A DNA stretch of 64,000 nt, taken from contig CP136572.1 of assembly GCA_035193785.1 (NCBI GenBank), positions 3,412,578 to 3,476,577 of the forward strand. The letters are read 5' to 3'. A model generated the notes under the pieces. It made no database searches. It was not told where the DNA came from and saw only the letters and a program-made list of their open reading frames with translations. Positions 1-9,477 of this stretch are shown in pieces. A program made the translations under genes and the position numbers. Each line of letters opens with the position of its first letter. Within the stretch, counting starts at the first letter, position 1. The stretch comes from Planktothrix sp. GU0601_MAG3 (GTDB taxonomy: Bacteria > Cyanobacteriota > Cyanobacteriia > Cyanobacteriales > Microcoleaceae).

Positions 1-1
1 T

Positions 2-232
2 CCAGATGATTTTATCTTTGAAGGATCATTTACAGAAATTCGCCGCCAAATTGGGAATGCGGTTCCTCCTGATGGTATTGTGGCGTTAATTGTAGGGTTA
101 ATTCCTTTATTTACTGGGGAATATCAGAGTGTTGATTTATATAAGTTAAGTGAAAATTTGCAAAAATTATCAATTAAAGAAAGATTGAAATTAGCGGGTC
201 AAGAAAACCATGAATTAGTATCACTCCGGTAA
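2..232 (+). CDS. C-terminal end of a DNA (cytosine-5) methyltransferase (5' part outside window)
   Basis: Frame 2 reads PDDFIFEGSFTEIRRQIGNAVPP...*, i.e. C5-MTase motifs IX/X; stop TAA at 230-232. Confidence 0.85.
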   Translation, partial: PDDFIFEGSFTEIRRQIGNAVPPDGIVALIVGLIPLFTGEYQSVDLYKLSENLQKLSIKERLKLAGQENHELVSLR

Positions 233-688
233 ATAATCGGGGTTTAAAGTGTCCTCTTGGGAAAACGGTGATTCTACAGGAAAGGTATTAATTGATAATC
301 CCGTTTCATCAGCAGCTAATTCTCTGGCATCTTGATAACATTCTTGAAAAACTTCAAGAAAATATCGCTTTAAACTGGGACTATTTTTAAAATCATTTCG
401 TAATCTTTTGCGATGTTCTCGAATAGTAAATAGCCAGCTATTCGTTCGTTTATCAGATTGATACTTATATTTTAATAGGTGCATTAATAAAATCCTGAGA
501 TTACTCTCAATTGCAGATTTTTCACTTCTTCCCATAGCTTCTAATTCTTCAATTAAATTAACCATATCAACTTCAGCTAATTTTCCATGTTGTAACTGAT
601 GAATAGTATTCATTAACCACAAATGATAATCTTCTTCGTATAAACCAGAAGTTTGTTTAGATTCTGTGATGGAGAGTTGGGTTGTCAT
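221..688 (-). CDS. DUF29 family protein
   Basis: LYEEDYHLW...DMVNLIEELEAMGRSEK...LLMHLLK...SPSLK...ETGL...FP pattern typical of cyanobacterial DUF29. Confidence 0.9.
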   Translation of the reverse strand: MTTQLSITESKQTSGLYEEDYHLWLMNTIHQLQHGKLAEVDMVNLIEELEAMGRSEKSAIESNLRILLMHLLKYKYQSDKRTNSWLFTIREHRKRLRNDFKNSPSLKRYFLEVFQECYQDARELAADETGLSINTFPVESPFSQEDTLNPDYLPE

Positions 689-734
689 GGGATATCCTAG
701 ACTCAGTTAATTTTAATTATAGCAAATTGATAAG

Positions 735-834
735 AGGGAACAGGGAACAGGGAACAGGGAACAGGGAATAGGGAATAGGGAATAGGGAATAGGGAATAGG
801 GAATAGGGAATAGGGAATAGGGAATAGGGAATAG
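735..834. repeat. Heptamer tandem repeat (GGGAACA/GGGAATA)n, STRR type
   Basis: About 14 direct 7-bp units read directly. Confidence 0.95.
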
Positions 835-967
835 AAAGAATATATCAGTCTGTTTGCCAGAATTGCTAAAATGTGGTGTTAATTTCCTCTTTCACTGGAA
901 TTCATAGATAAAAAATAGATTGGGTTAAGATAACAAAACCCAACCTATTTTAATTGTGAGGAGCAAT

Positions 968-1490
968 TTAGAATGTGAGATCGAGTTTACTATGATTGCG
1001 ATAACACCAGCCTAAAATCATACCTAAAATGGATAATTTAATCATTTCTAGGGTAAAATAACTAAAGTGTAGTTGGTTCATGCCGTCGGGAATTGTGTTT
1101 AATCCATTAAATAGATTTAAGTTAATTCCTAATGCACCCATTTGAGGGGTAAGAATATAGGTGTAAATCATGGCAATGGCTAACAGAAATAGGGATAATC
1201 CTGTGATTGTCCGTAGGCGACTACTGAATTTTTCAGGAAGGTTTCATCGCCAGAGCAATTAAACCCGTTAAACCAATCGCCGCACAAACTAATTCCACCC
1301 GGTTAAAGACTGAAAAAATTAGAGTTCCCGCCGAAGCAAATCCGGTTTCTTCCATCATGCCAGAAACATACATCGTCGGCATAATTACAAAGTCAAGAAT
1401 TAAACTTCCCGCCATCCATAACCCGAGGGTGGCTAACACCAGTGTCAGCCAGCGTGTGGGATGATATTCTACTTTAGAGATAGTAGCCAT
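968..1490 (-). CDS. Membrane protein, DUF4149-like (one +1 indel at 1241)
   Basis: ORFs 1233-1490 and 968-1171 join into one 173-aa hydrophobic protein when one A is removed from GAAAC. Confidence 0.65.
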
Positions 1491-1804
1491 AGTAATGATT
1501 GCCTTGTATGAATATATAATTGCTGTCTTTATTTGTATAATAGCGAATATTTTCAGAATAGAATGTGAAGTATTTTGTACAATAAAACTTTACAAAAAAA
1601 TATAAATCTTTAAGTGTTTGTTCTTAAACGGGATAAAAACTCAGTTTTGAAATCATTTTTTTTAGACGGCCTAAATCCTGTGAGAAAATACGGTTTATTA
1701 ATTGTAAAAATTGTTACTTGCACAGGAGATGGTAAGATGGCATGAATTTTTGCTAAAATTAACCCAGATATAATCAACACTAATAAAAAGGATAAATAAT
1801 TCCA

Positions 1805-2513
1805 GTGAAAGCAGTTATTTTATTATCCGGTGGCTTGGATTCTTCGACGGCTTTATACCAAGCAAAAGCCGATGGTTGTGAATGTTATGCGATTTCTTTT
1901 GATTATCAACAGCGACATCGAAGGGAAACTGGAATCCGCGCGAAAAATTGCCGAGTTTGCGGGAGTTGTTGAACATCAAGTGGTGACTTTTGATCTGAGT
2001 CTATGGGGGGGGTCTGCTTTAACCGATAATCGCCTCGATTTACCCCAGGATAGATCTCCTGAAACAATGGCTACAAGTATTCCAATTACTTATGTTCCGG
2101 CTCGGAATACTATCTTTTTAAGTTTTGCCTTAGCCTATGCAGAAACGATCGCCGCCCGCAAGGTTTATATTGGAGTTAATGCTTTAGATTATTCGGGTTA
2201 TCCCGATTGTCGTCCTGATTATATTCAAGCTATAGAAGAAGTATTTAGATTAGGAACAAAACAAGGTCGAGAAGGTGATCCGATTACGATTGAATCTCCA
2301 CTGATTCATTTAAAAAAAACAGAAATCATTCAACTGGGAAATCGCTTAGGAGTTCCTTGGGAATTCACTTGGTCTTGCTATGCGGGAGGGGAACAAGCCT
2401 GTGGTGTTTGTGATTCCTGTCGTTTACGATTAGCTGCCTTTGCTGAACTAGAATTAATAGATCCGATTGCTTATTTAGTAGGGAACGGGGAATTAGTAAT
2501 AGGTAATGGGTAA
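1805..2513 (+). CDS. queC: 7-cyano-7-deazaguanine synthase (+1 indel at 1925)
   Basis: GTG start gives [15 protein letters not shown]...SFDYQQRH; downstream YVPARN, YPDCRP, TWSCY...CGVCDSC. Confidence 0.95.
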
Positions 2514-2640
2514 TAGGTAATAGGTAATGGGTAATAGGTAATGGGTAATGGGTAATGGGTAATAGGTAATGGGTAATAGGTAATAGGTAATGGGTAATAG
2601 GTAATGGGTAATAGGTAATAGGTAATAGGTAATAGGTAAT
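2495..2640. repeat. (GGTAATA/GGTAATG)n heptamer tandem repeat overlapping the queC stop
   Basis: Direct reading. Confidence 0.95.
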
Positions 2641-2652
2641 AAAAAGAGTTTA

Positions 2653-2810
2653 CCTCCCCTGCCTCCCCTGCTCCCCCTGCTCCCCCTGCTCCCCCTGCTC
2701 CCCCTGCTCCCCCTGCTCCCCCTGCCTCCCCTGCCTCCCCTGCTCCCCCTGCCTCCCCTGCTCCCCCTGCTCCCCCTGCCTCCCCTGCCTCCCCTGCTCC
2801 CTGTTCCCTG
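2653..2810. repeat. 9-bp tandem repeat (CCCCTGCTC/CCCCTGCCT)n
   Basis: Direct reading; lies between convergent genes. Confidence 0.95.
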
Positions 2811-2839
2811 CTATACTTTCTCCCTTACAATTGGTACAG

Positions 2840-3774
2840 TTAAATGTGATCAGAAAAGACCTGAGTTCCTTTCTCGGCTTCTAAACTATCTCCTTTATTT
2901 TGGCCGTCGTGGAAGGCGCAAAGAATCACATCACAGGTTTTTCCCCAGGCGAGCGCCCCAGTTCGATCAATCCCAATCGCTCCAAAATCCCGTTGATGCT
3001 CGTGGGCTTCGGCGAAGGATTTTTTAAAGGCGGTCTGTAAAGACTGACCATCGGTGACTCGGATGACAATTTTAGCGGCTAAACACTCATCGAGAATATC
3101 TTCCCCAATGCCTGTACAACTCACCCCGGCTTGAGTGGTGGCATAATTTCCGGCGGGAGTGGCGGAGTCGCTGACCCGACCAATACGCTCAAACCCCTTA
3201 CCCCCGGTGGATGTCCCGGCGACTAATTGACCCTTTTGATCCAGGGCCACAACCCCGATGGTTCCGGTTCCCGCAGGTTCGGAGACGACATTGGCCATGG
3301 TGCGCCTAAAATTGTCCTTGCGGTCTTCTAGCCATTCCTGCAAACGTTGGTCGGTGAGGGGGTTATAGAGGGGTAATTGCAGTTCCCGGGCTAACTCGGC
3401 GGCACCATAATCGGATAAAACGTGATCGGGGGCTTCTTGTAAGACGACGGCTAAATCAATCGGATTTTTCACCCGGGAAACGTTAATCACGCCACTGAAG
3501 CGTTGGAGGGTTTTCCATCCATTAAGGCGGCACTCATCCGAATTTGGCCATCGGATTGCAGCACCGAACCTGTGCCCGCATTGAACCGAGGATCGTTTTC
3601 TAGGAGTTGACAGCCCCGGACTACCGCTTCCTTAGCACTGGCTCCCCGGAGGAGGAGGGGATAAACTTGGTCAATCACTTGATAGAGGGATTTGCGTACA
3701 GCTTCTAATCCTCCTTTTCCTTGGAGAGAACTACCAGCACCGCCATGAATAATGAGTTTTGGTTGAACGGCCAT
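2840..3774 (-). CDS. Isoaspartyl peptidase / L-asparaginase, Ntn hydrolase (+2 indel at 3510)
   Basis: [44 protein letters not shown] motifs. Confidence 0.92.
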
Positions 3775-3798
3775 GAATGTCTTGATAAAGGATAATTT

Positions 3799-3945
3799 TT
3801 AGGTAGAACGGCGACGACGACAACGTTCGGAACAATATTTGACTTCCTCCCAACAGTCGGCCCATTTTTTTCGCCAGGTGAAGGGGCGATCGCAAACGGG
3901 ACAGGTCTTAGTCGGTAAGTCGGACTTCGATCGCTGGCGTGCCAT
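3799..3945 (-). CDS. DUF2256 family small Cys-rich protein (48 aa, not in ORF track)
   Basis: [48 protein letters not shown]. Confidence 0.85.
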   Translation of the reverse strand: MARQRSKSDLPTKTCPVCDRPFTWRKKWADCWEEVKYCSERCRRRRST

Positions 3946-3992
3946 GCTAAGTTATTGGAGTCGCTTTAATCAGGGATGATCATATCATTTCC

Positions 3993-4757
3993 ATGTCACA
4001 GACCGTACCGTATACCCCCTTAACCCCGATCCGAATTGTGTTAGTGGAACCCGCAGGGCCTTTAAATGTGGGTTCTGTTGCCCGGGTGATGAAGAATATG
4101 GGGCTTGGGCAGTTAGTTTTAGTTAATCCTCAGTGTGATCCCCTGGGGGATGAAGCGAAAAGAATGGCTGTTCATGCTGGGGATATTTTAGAAGGAGCGA
4201 TCACGGTGTCTTCTTTACCGGAGGCTTTAGTGGGATGTCAACGGGCGATCGCCACTACAGCCAGATCTAGATCCGATGCTTTACCTACGGATTTAGAAGA
4301 TCCTAGAACGGTTTTACCTTGGTTATTAGATTGTCCCTCGGCTTTGATTTTTGGGCCGGAAGATCGGGGGTTAAGTAATGATGAATTGAGTTATGCTCAA
4401 AGGTTGCTGCGAATTCGGTCTAGTTCCGTTTATCCGTCTTTAAATTTAGCCCAGTCCGTGGGGGTGTGTTGCTACGAGTTACGATATTCTGTGTTAGAAC
4501 TTCAAGAGAGTATAAAAAACTCTATAGAAATCCCCCCGGCTTCTACTGTTCCCTTGGAGGTGTTAGAAGGTTATTATCAACAGTTGGAAGCAATGTTACT
4601 CAAGATTGGATATGTCTATCCCCATACCGCTAATAGTCGGATGAAAAAGTTTCGGCGTTTGTATAATCGAGCTAATTTAACCTCTGAAGAAGTTATGATG
4701 TTACGCGGTATTCTAAGTCAAGTAGAATGGGCGTTATCGGTAATCAGTCATCAGTAA
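3993..4757 (+). CDS. trmJ: TrmJ/LasT family SPOUT RNA methyltransferase
   Basis: IVLVEP...NVGSVARVMKNMG, FGPEDRGLSN, YPSLNLAQSV. Confidence 0.9.
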   Translation: MSQTVPYTPLTPIRIVLVEPAGPLNVGSVARVMKNMGLGQLVLVNPQCDPLGDEAKRMAVHAGDILEGAITVSSLPEALVGCQRAIATTARSRSDALPTDLEDPRTVLPWLLDCPSALIFGPEDRGLSNDELSYAQRLLRIRSSSVYPSLNLAQSVGVCCYELRYSVLELQESIKNSIEIPPASTVPLEVLEGYYQQLEAMLLKIGYVYPHTANSRMKKFRRLYNRANLTSEEVMMLRGILSQVEWALSVISHQ

Positions 4758-4835
4758 TCAGTAATTAGTCGAGCAGTTAACCAATTTCCCCTTAACTGTT
4801 AACTGAAAAGTAAAATTATAGTCAGGTGTTTAGGT

Positions 4836-6329
4836 GTGGCTCAACGATCTCCTCGTCAGTCGTTATTTTCAATCTTTTCCTTTAATAAGTCTGGCTCTAA
4901 GTCTTCTGAGCCAAAATCCCGCAATGGGAAGGCGTCTCCACCGCAACCGAGGCGCCAATCTCGTCGTGATCCGGTAAAAACGGCTTCCCGTCGCTCTCCA
5001 TCCCCGGAACAACGGCAGAATAATGATTTGGGTCGTTCGGAGTCTTTTGATCCCCTACTTTCCCAACTGCGGCCAAAAGCCGTTCCGCCTAAATCTCGCA
5101 AACCTAGACCGACCCGGGGTAAACGCCCGTCTAATGGGGCTGCTGGTGCTTCTGTTGTACCCTTTCGTAAGCCTGCTGACCCGTCTCCCCGTGGTTCCCG
5201 CAGACCTCCGGGGGATATGGTTCCGGCGGCAACCTCTCCCCTTGCCCCTAGGGATAAATCCGTAAAACGGGTTAGAAAAAAACGTCGGGTGTCTCCGATG
5301 GTTTATGCCACCCGGTTACTAATTTTAGGGATAGGAATTGGTGTGATTTCGGGGACAATTCTTTCGGCTTTAAATGCTTTAGGTCGTTCTAGTGTCGCAG
5401 CCGATCAAACGGTGAATTTAAGTCTGGAACAACAACAAAATTCTAAGTCTTCTGATGCTTTAGTTTCATCCCTCAAATTAACTCAAGAAGCTGCGGATTT
5501 GAAAACGGCAATTCTGGGTTTAGCGAAGGATTCACCTAAGTTAAAACCCGTTGTATTTTTAGTGGATTTAGATACGGGAAATTATGTAGATATTGAAGGT
5601 GAAAATCCTGTTCCTGCCGCTAGTACAATTAAAGTTCCGATTTTAGTATCATTTTTCCAAGCGGTTGATGAAGGCAGACTAAGTTTAGATGAAATATTGA
5701 CAATGGAGGAAAAACACATTGCCAAGGGGTCTGGAGAACTGCAAGATAAACCCGTGGGGAGTAAATTTACAGCCCTAGAAACAGCGAATTTAATGATTAC
5801 CAACAGTGATAATACCGCAACAAATATGTTAGTTGATCGGTTGGGTGGTATTGAATCCTTGAATCAACAGTTTGCCAGTTGGCAATTAAAACAAACTCAA
5901 ATGCAAAATATTCTTCCTGATTTGGAAGGAACAAATAAAACCAGTGCTAAAGATTTAGTTAATTTAATGGCGGAAATCAATCAAGGAAAGTTAATTTCTT
6001 TGAAATCCCGTGATCTGATGTTAAGAATTATGGGGCAAACTCGCAATCGTTCTTTATTACCTAGTGGTTTAGGATCGGGGGCGTTTATTGCTCATAAAAC
6101 GGGCAATATTGACTCAGTTTCTGGGGATATTGGTTTAATTGATATGCCTAATGGTAAACGCTATTTAGTTGGAGTTTTGGTAAAACGAGAAGCGGATGAT
6201 CCCCAAGCTAATGAACTAATTCGTCAAATTTCTTCTACTATTTATCAATATTTTGATACTGCTACCGACCCCGAACCCATTTCTGAGTCGCCAACTTCCC
6301 CCGATCAGGTTCAAAATGATCAACCCTAA
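4836..6329 (+). CDS. Class A beta-lactamase-like serine hydrolase with basic disordered N-terminus and one TM helix
   Basis: AASTIK (SxxK), SDN and HKTG motifs. Confidence 0.88.
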   Translation: MAQRSPRQSLFSIFSFNKSGSKSSEPKSRNGKASPPQPRRQSRRDPVKTASRRSPSPEQRQNNDLGRSESFDPLLSQLRPKAVPPKSRKPRPTRGKRPSNGAAGASVVPFRKPADPSPRGSRRPPGDMVPAATSPLAPRDKSVKRVRKKRRVSPMVYATRLLILGIGIGVISGTILSALNALGRSSVAADQTVNLSLEQQQNSKSSDALVSSLKLTQEAADLKTAILGLAKDSPKLKPVVFLVDLDTGNYVDIEGENPVPAASTIKVPILVSFFQAVDEGRLSLDEILTMEEKHIAKGSGELQDKPVGSKFTALETANLMITNSDNTATNMLVDRLGGIESLNQQFASWQLKQTQMQNILPDLEGTNKTSAKDLVNLMAEINQGKLISLKSRDLMLRIMGQTRNRSLLPSGLGSGAFIAHKTGNIDSVSGDIGLIDMPNGKRYLVGVLVKREADDPQANELIRQISSTIYQYFDTATDPEPISESPTSPDQVQNDQP

Positions 6330-6406
6330 TTAATTGTAGGGTACAGGGATATTTGCCCACGCACCATCTAACAATTCAAAGATAATTTTTATAGAACAAA
6401 AAACAA

Positions 6407-6803
6407 TATTCTCTAAAAAAGAGATAAACCTAAACTAAACCCTGGTAATATCTCCTCCCCAGATAATTCCGTAGGAAGATTTCTCAATTCTACGGGTTTT
6501 TTAAGGCGATAAATTTCTACCTGTTGCTGTTGAGGATTAATTAACCAACCTAATCAGGACTTACGCAGTTACGCTATATGTAGCGTACTAATGAGTTGGC
6601 GCTCGCGCTCGTAACTCAAACGAGATCGCTTTAACAGGACAACTTCTTTAAGATTACCTCGATTCAAGTAGGGGCGAATGGCCATTCGCCCCTACCGCTT
6701 GATGTTAGTTGATAGAAACTGTTCATCACTAAGTTTAACCCTATCTAGGTTTAATATCACAGGACTAATAACCATAATCTTAGTCTCAATGGGCGATCGC
6801 TAT
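6407..6803 (-). pseudogene. Internally deleted Uma2 family endonuclease gene (copy of 17514-18089)
   Basis: 6407-6554 aligns to 17508-17655 and 6707-6803 to about 18022-18118; the central ~370 bp is replaced by unrelated repeat-rich DNA. Confidence 0.9.
6668..6695. repeat. Perfect 28-bp palindrome GTAGGGGCGAATGGCCATTCGCCCCTAC (GTAG REP-like)
   Basis: Self reverse-complementary; 5' GTAG. Confidence 0.9.
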
Positions 6804-6826
6804 TTATAATTATATTATAGCAATTT

Positions 6827-7399
6827 TTATTGCAACTTTTGGGTTAGATTCCAACAGCCATTCCGATGCTCAAAAATATAAGCTCCAGGTTCTCCATAGG
6901 TGTAATCTAAATATTCTTCTCCTTCCTTATTAGGATCATAAGCATAGTGAGCTTTGATATAATTGACTCGAAAAGTATTATTATTCAGGCGAATTAAGTC
7001 AATTTGCAAGCGGGTATAGGGACTATTATCTACAGGAGAAGGAACAAGTTGTACCCAACGATAATCCCTAAGATTAATGCTAAATTCATCATCTTTTTTA
7101 TTGAGAGTTCCTATCAGATAACTGGGATTTTCATAATCTCGGACTTCGATGATATCGGCTGTATAGGTTAAGCGTGTTTCGTTTCCTTGATAATCTTGAC
7201 CCCGGACAAAATTTTCAAAAAAACTTCTGTATTCATCGGGGGAACAATACGGCGGTAAACTCGAAGCAGTTTTAGGTTGAACTTGAGCGTTAGCAGACGG
7301 TAATAAATTGGAGGTGATAATAGGTTTAATAGGGCTTACTAAAATAGTAATTATTAGAACCGTTATTGTATTTGAAATCTTCCTAAATTTAATAGACAT
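6827..7399 (-). CDS. Hypothetical exported protein
   Basis: Basic then hydrophobic N-terminus ending ANA; no confident family. Confidence 0.65.
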   Translation of the reverse strand: MSIKFRKISNTITVLIITILVSPIKPIITSNLLPSANAQVQPKTASSLPPYCSPDEYRSFFENFVRGQDYQGNETRLTYTADIIEVRDYENPSYLIGTLNKKDDEFSINLRDYRWVQLVPSPVDNSPYTRLQIDLIRLNNNTFRVNYIKAHYAYDPNKEGEEYLDYTYGEPGAYIFEHRNGCWNLTQKLQ

Positions 7400-7466
7400 G
7401 ATAAGATCAATAAAATAGGGATATATTTGAGATCAGGAGTTATGAAAAATGCAATTTAATCCCATT

Positions 7467-7974
7467 TTAAAGCCCACAGGTAGATACAAAAAGCCTCTCC
7501 CTAATGATTGCCCATTCTTTGGCTTCAGAAGTCCCAGGACTAAGTTTTTTCCCTATGAGTTGAGGATAGCGATTATAAAAAATTATATCTGCTAAATAAT
7601 CATAGGGGTTAGAATAGGAGTTAGGCATACCTTGAAAATTGAAGTCCCAAAGATCTTCAGGTTTCCTGTTCTGCACCGTGACAAACTTCCTGAGTAGGTC
7701 TGATCATGGGTGCAATAACAGCGCGTAAATTTTCCCATTCCCGAATATATTCTCGATCTCTGCTGGTTAGTTTGCGACCCTGTAATTCAGGATTAACTTG
7801 ATAGAAGAAATGATCAGTATACTCATCAATTAAATCGGCAGGAGCTTGGCGGAAAACTTGGGTTAACTCAGTATTAATATGGTGGGGGATTGCATTTGCT
7901 ATGGTGACATTAAAAAACAAAGTCCCCGATAGCAGGCAGAGTAAGGAAAATTTTGAGAGAGTTCCCATGATCAT
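7467..7974 (-). CDS. Hypothetical exported protein with two internal repeats (+1 indel at 7661)
   Basis: Signal-peptide-like N-terminus; D..F..Y...PEL.G.KL....EW motif occurs twice; frames join at GAAAC. Confidence 0.65.
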
Positions 7975-8018
7975 TATACTATCTCAGTTGAAAAAGGCTA
8001 AAAATACTCAATAAAAAA

Positions 8019-9477
8019 TTATTGAATATCAACATAAATATTTTTTTCGTATTGTTTAAACTCGTCATCAATATTATATAATAAATTGCGAATTTGTTGG
8101 CGAAGTTCTCGAGCGGGTTCTAAACAATCCCGTTGATAATCTTGTAAGGTTAATTCCAGATGGGGATAAAGTAATTTTAAAAATCCCGATGCCGTTTTGA
8201 TAATGGCTTGTTGATCTCGGATCGTGATATTATCACCAAATTGAGTATGTTGTTGGACATATTGATTAAAGCGAGTATCTTTTCTTAAAGATAATAATAC
8301 CTCCCCAAAAAAATCCATTTTTAACCCGATTTGATCAGCAATCATATCGCTTTGAAATTTAGGAATTTCCCACCCAGGTAAAATCCCAGCAAAACGATCT
8401 AACAGTGCTGTTTCCGAGAAGAAATTAGGCAAATTTGCCATTAAATTATATTCATTTTTAGGACGTAGATATTCATTTAGTTCGATGTTACCTAATAATA
8501 CTAAAGAACAATCACTAGCAATATCAGCAAATCCTGAACGATTATAACGTCCATTAGCCAGATAGGTTTTTAAAGGCCCAATAATTTCATCAGGATTGTC
8601 AAAGGTTAAACTTTGAACTTCATCTAAAACCACGACATCATAACGCCCTAATAAACCAACTTCTTTAGTTCTTCCATTAATAAATAATTGAGAAGGGGTT
8701 ACTTTTCCTCCACTAATCACAGAAACTTTATTATTAATATTTTCATAAACAAAGCTTTTTCCCGTACCCTTTGGGGCTAATTCGATTAAATGATAATTAG
8801 ATTCTACTAAAGGTAATAAACGAGTTAAAATCCAGGTTTTGGCTCGATGATGATAGCTGGGATGTTCGGGATTAAAACCCATGGAACAAAACATTAAATC
8901 TCGCCATTGTTCTGTGGTAAAGTTTGAACGACATTCAGCATAAGTAGTGAGGTTAACTTCAGAACATTGGAAGGGGTCAAAATCAATCACGGAGAATTTG
9001 AATTTATCATCCGTAGTATTTTTATATCTTAAAGTAATTTTACCCCATACTCCCTGTCTCAATAACATTTGATAACGTTCTACAATATCGGTAGAAATTT
9101 CACAATCTGGGAAATTTAAAACGGGAATATTAGCTAAAGGTTCAGGAATTTGTTTAGCGTTTGGTTCCAACTTTATTCTAACTTGAAGTAAAGCAATTAA
9201 TTTATGTATTTCTCCTTGTTGAGTTAGTTTGAATTTAATTATTTCTTGATCATCTTTTCGGGGAAAAGCATTTTTCACAAAAGTATTAATTTTTTCTAGT
9301 TCTGAATCATTTAAAGTACCAGTTTCCAGGGACAATTTTATCCAGTAACCATTCAGCGACAAAACTAGGAATACCTAAAGTAGTTAATCTACTGGAGGGT
9401 AAACGTTTTTTATCTATACTTAAACTTGTAAAAATTTTAGTGACTAACTCATTGTCATAATTATTAGAAAAAGTCAT
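8019..9477 (-). CDS. brxL: BREX BrxL-like AAA+ protein, about 485 aa, no C-terminal Lon protease domain (+1 indel at 9322)
   Basis: IPSFVAEWLLDK N-terminus, RLLPLVESNYHLIELAPKGTGKS Walker A, VVLDEVQ Walker B, ALLDRF, PGWEIPK; ATG 9477 overlaps the pglZ stop. Confidence 0.88.

Noticed and set aside
1805..2513. queC as part of a Dpd 7-deazaguanine DNA modification system with the DGQHR genes
   Set aside because: No dpdA/TGT-like gene is in the window; the context is housekeeping and 56 kb from the DGQHR genes
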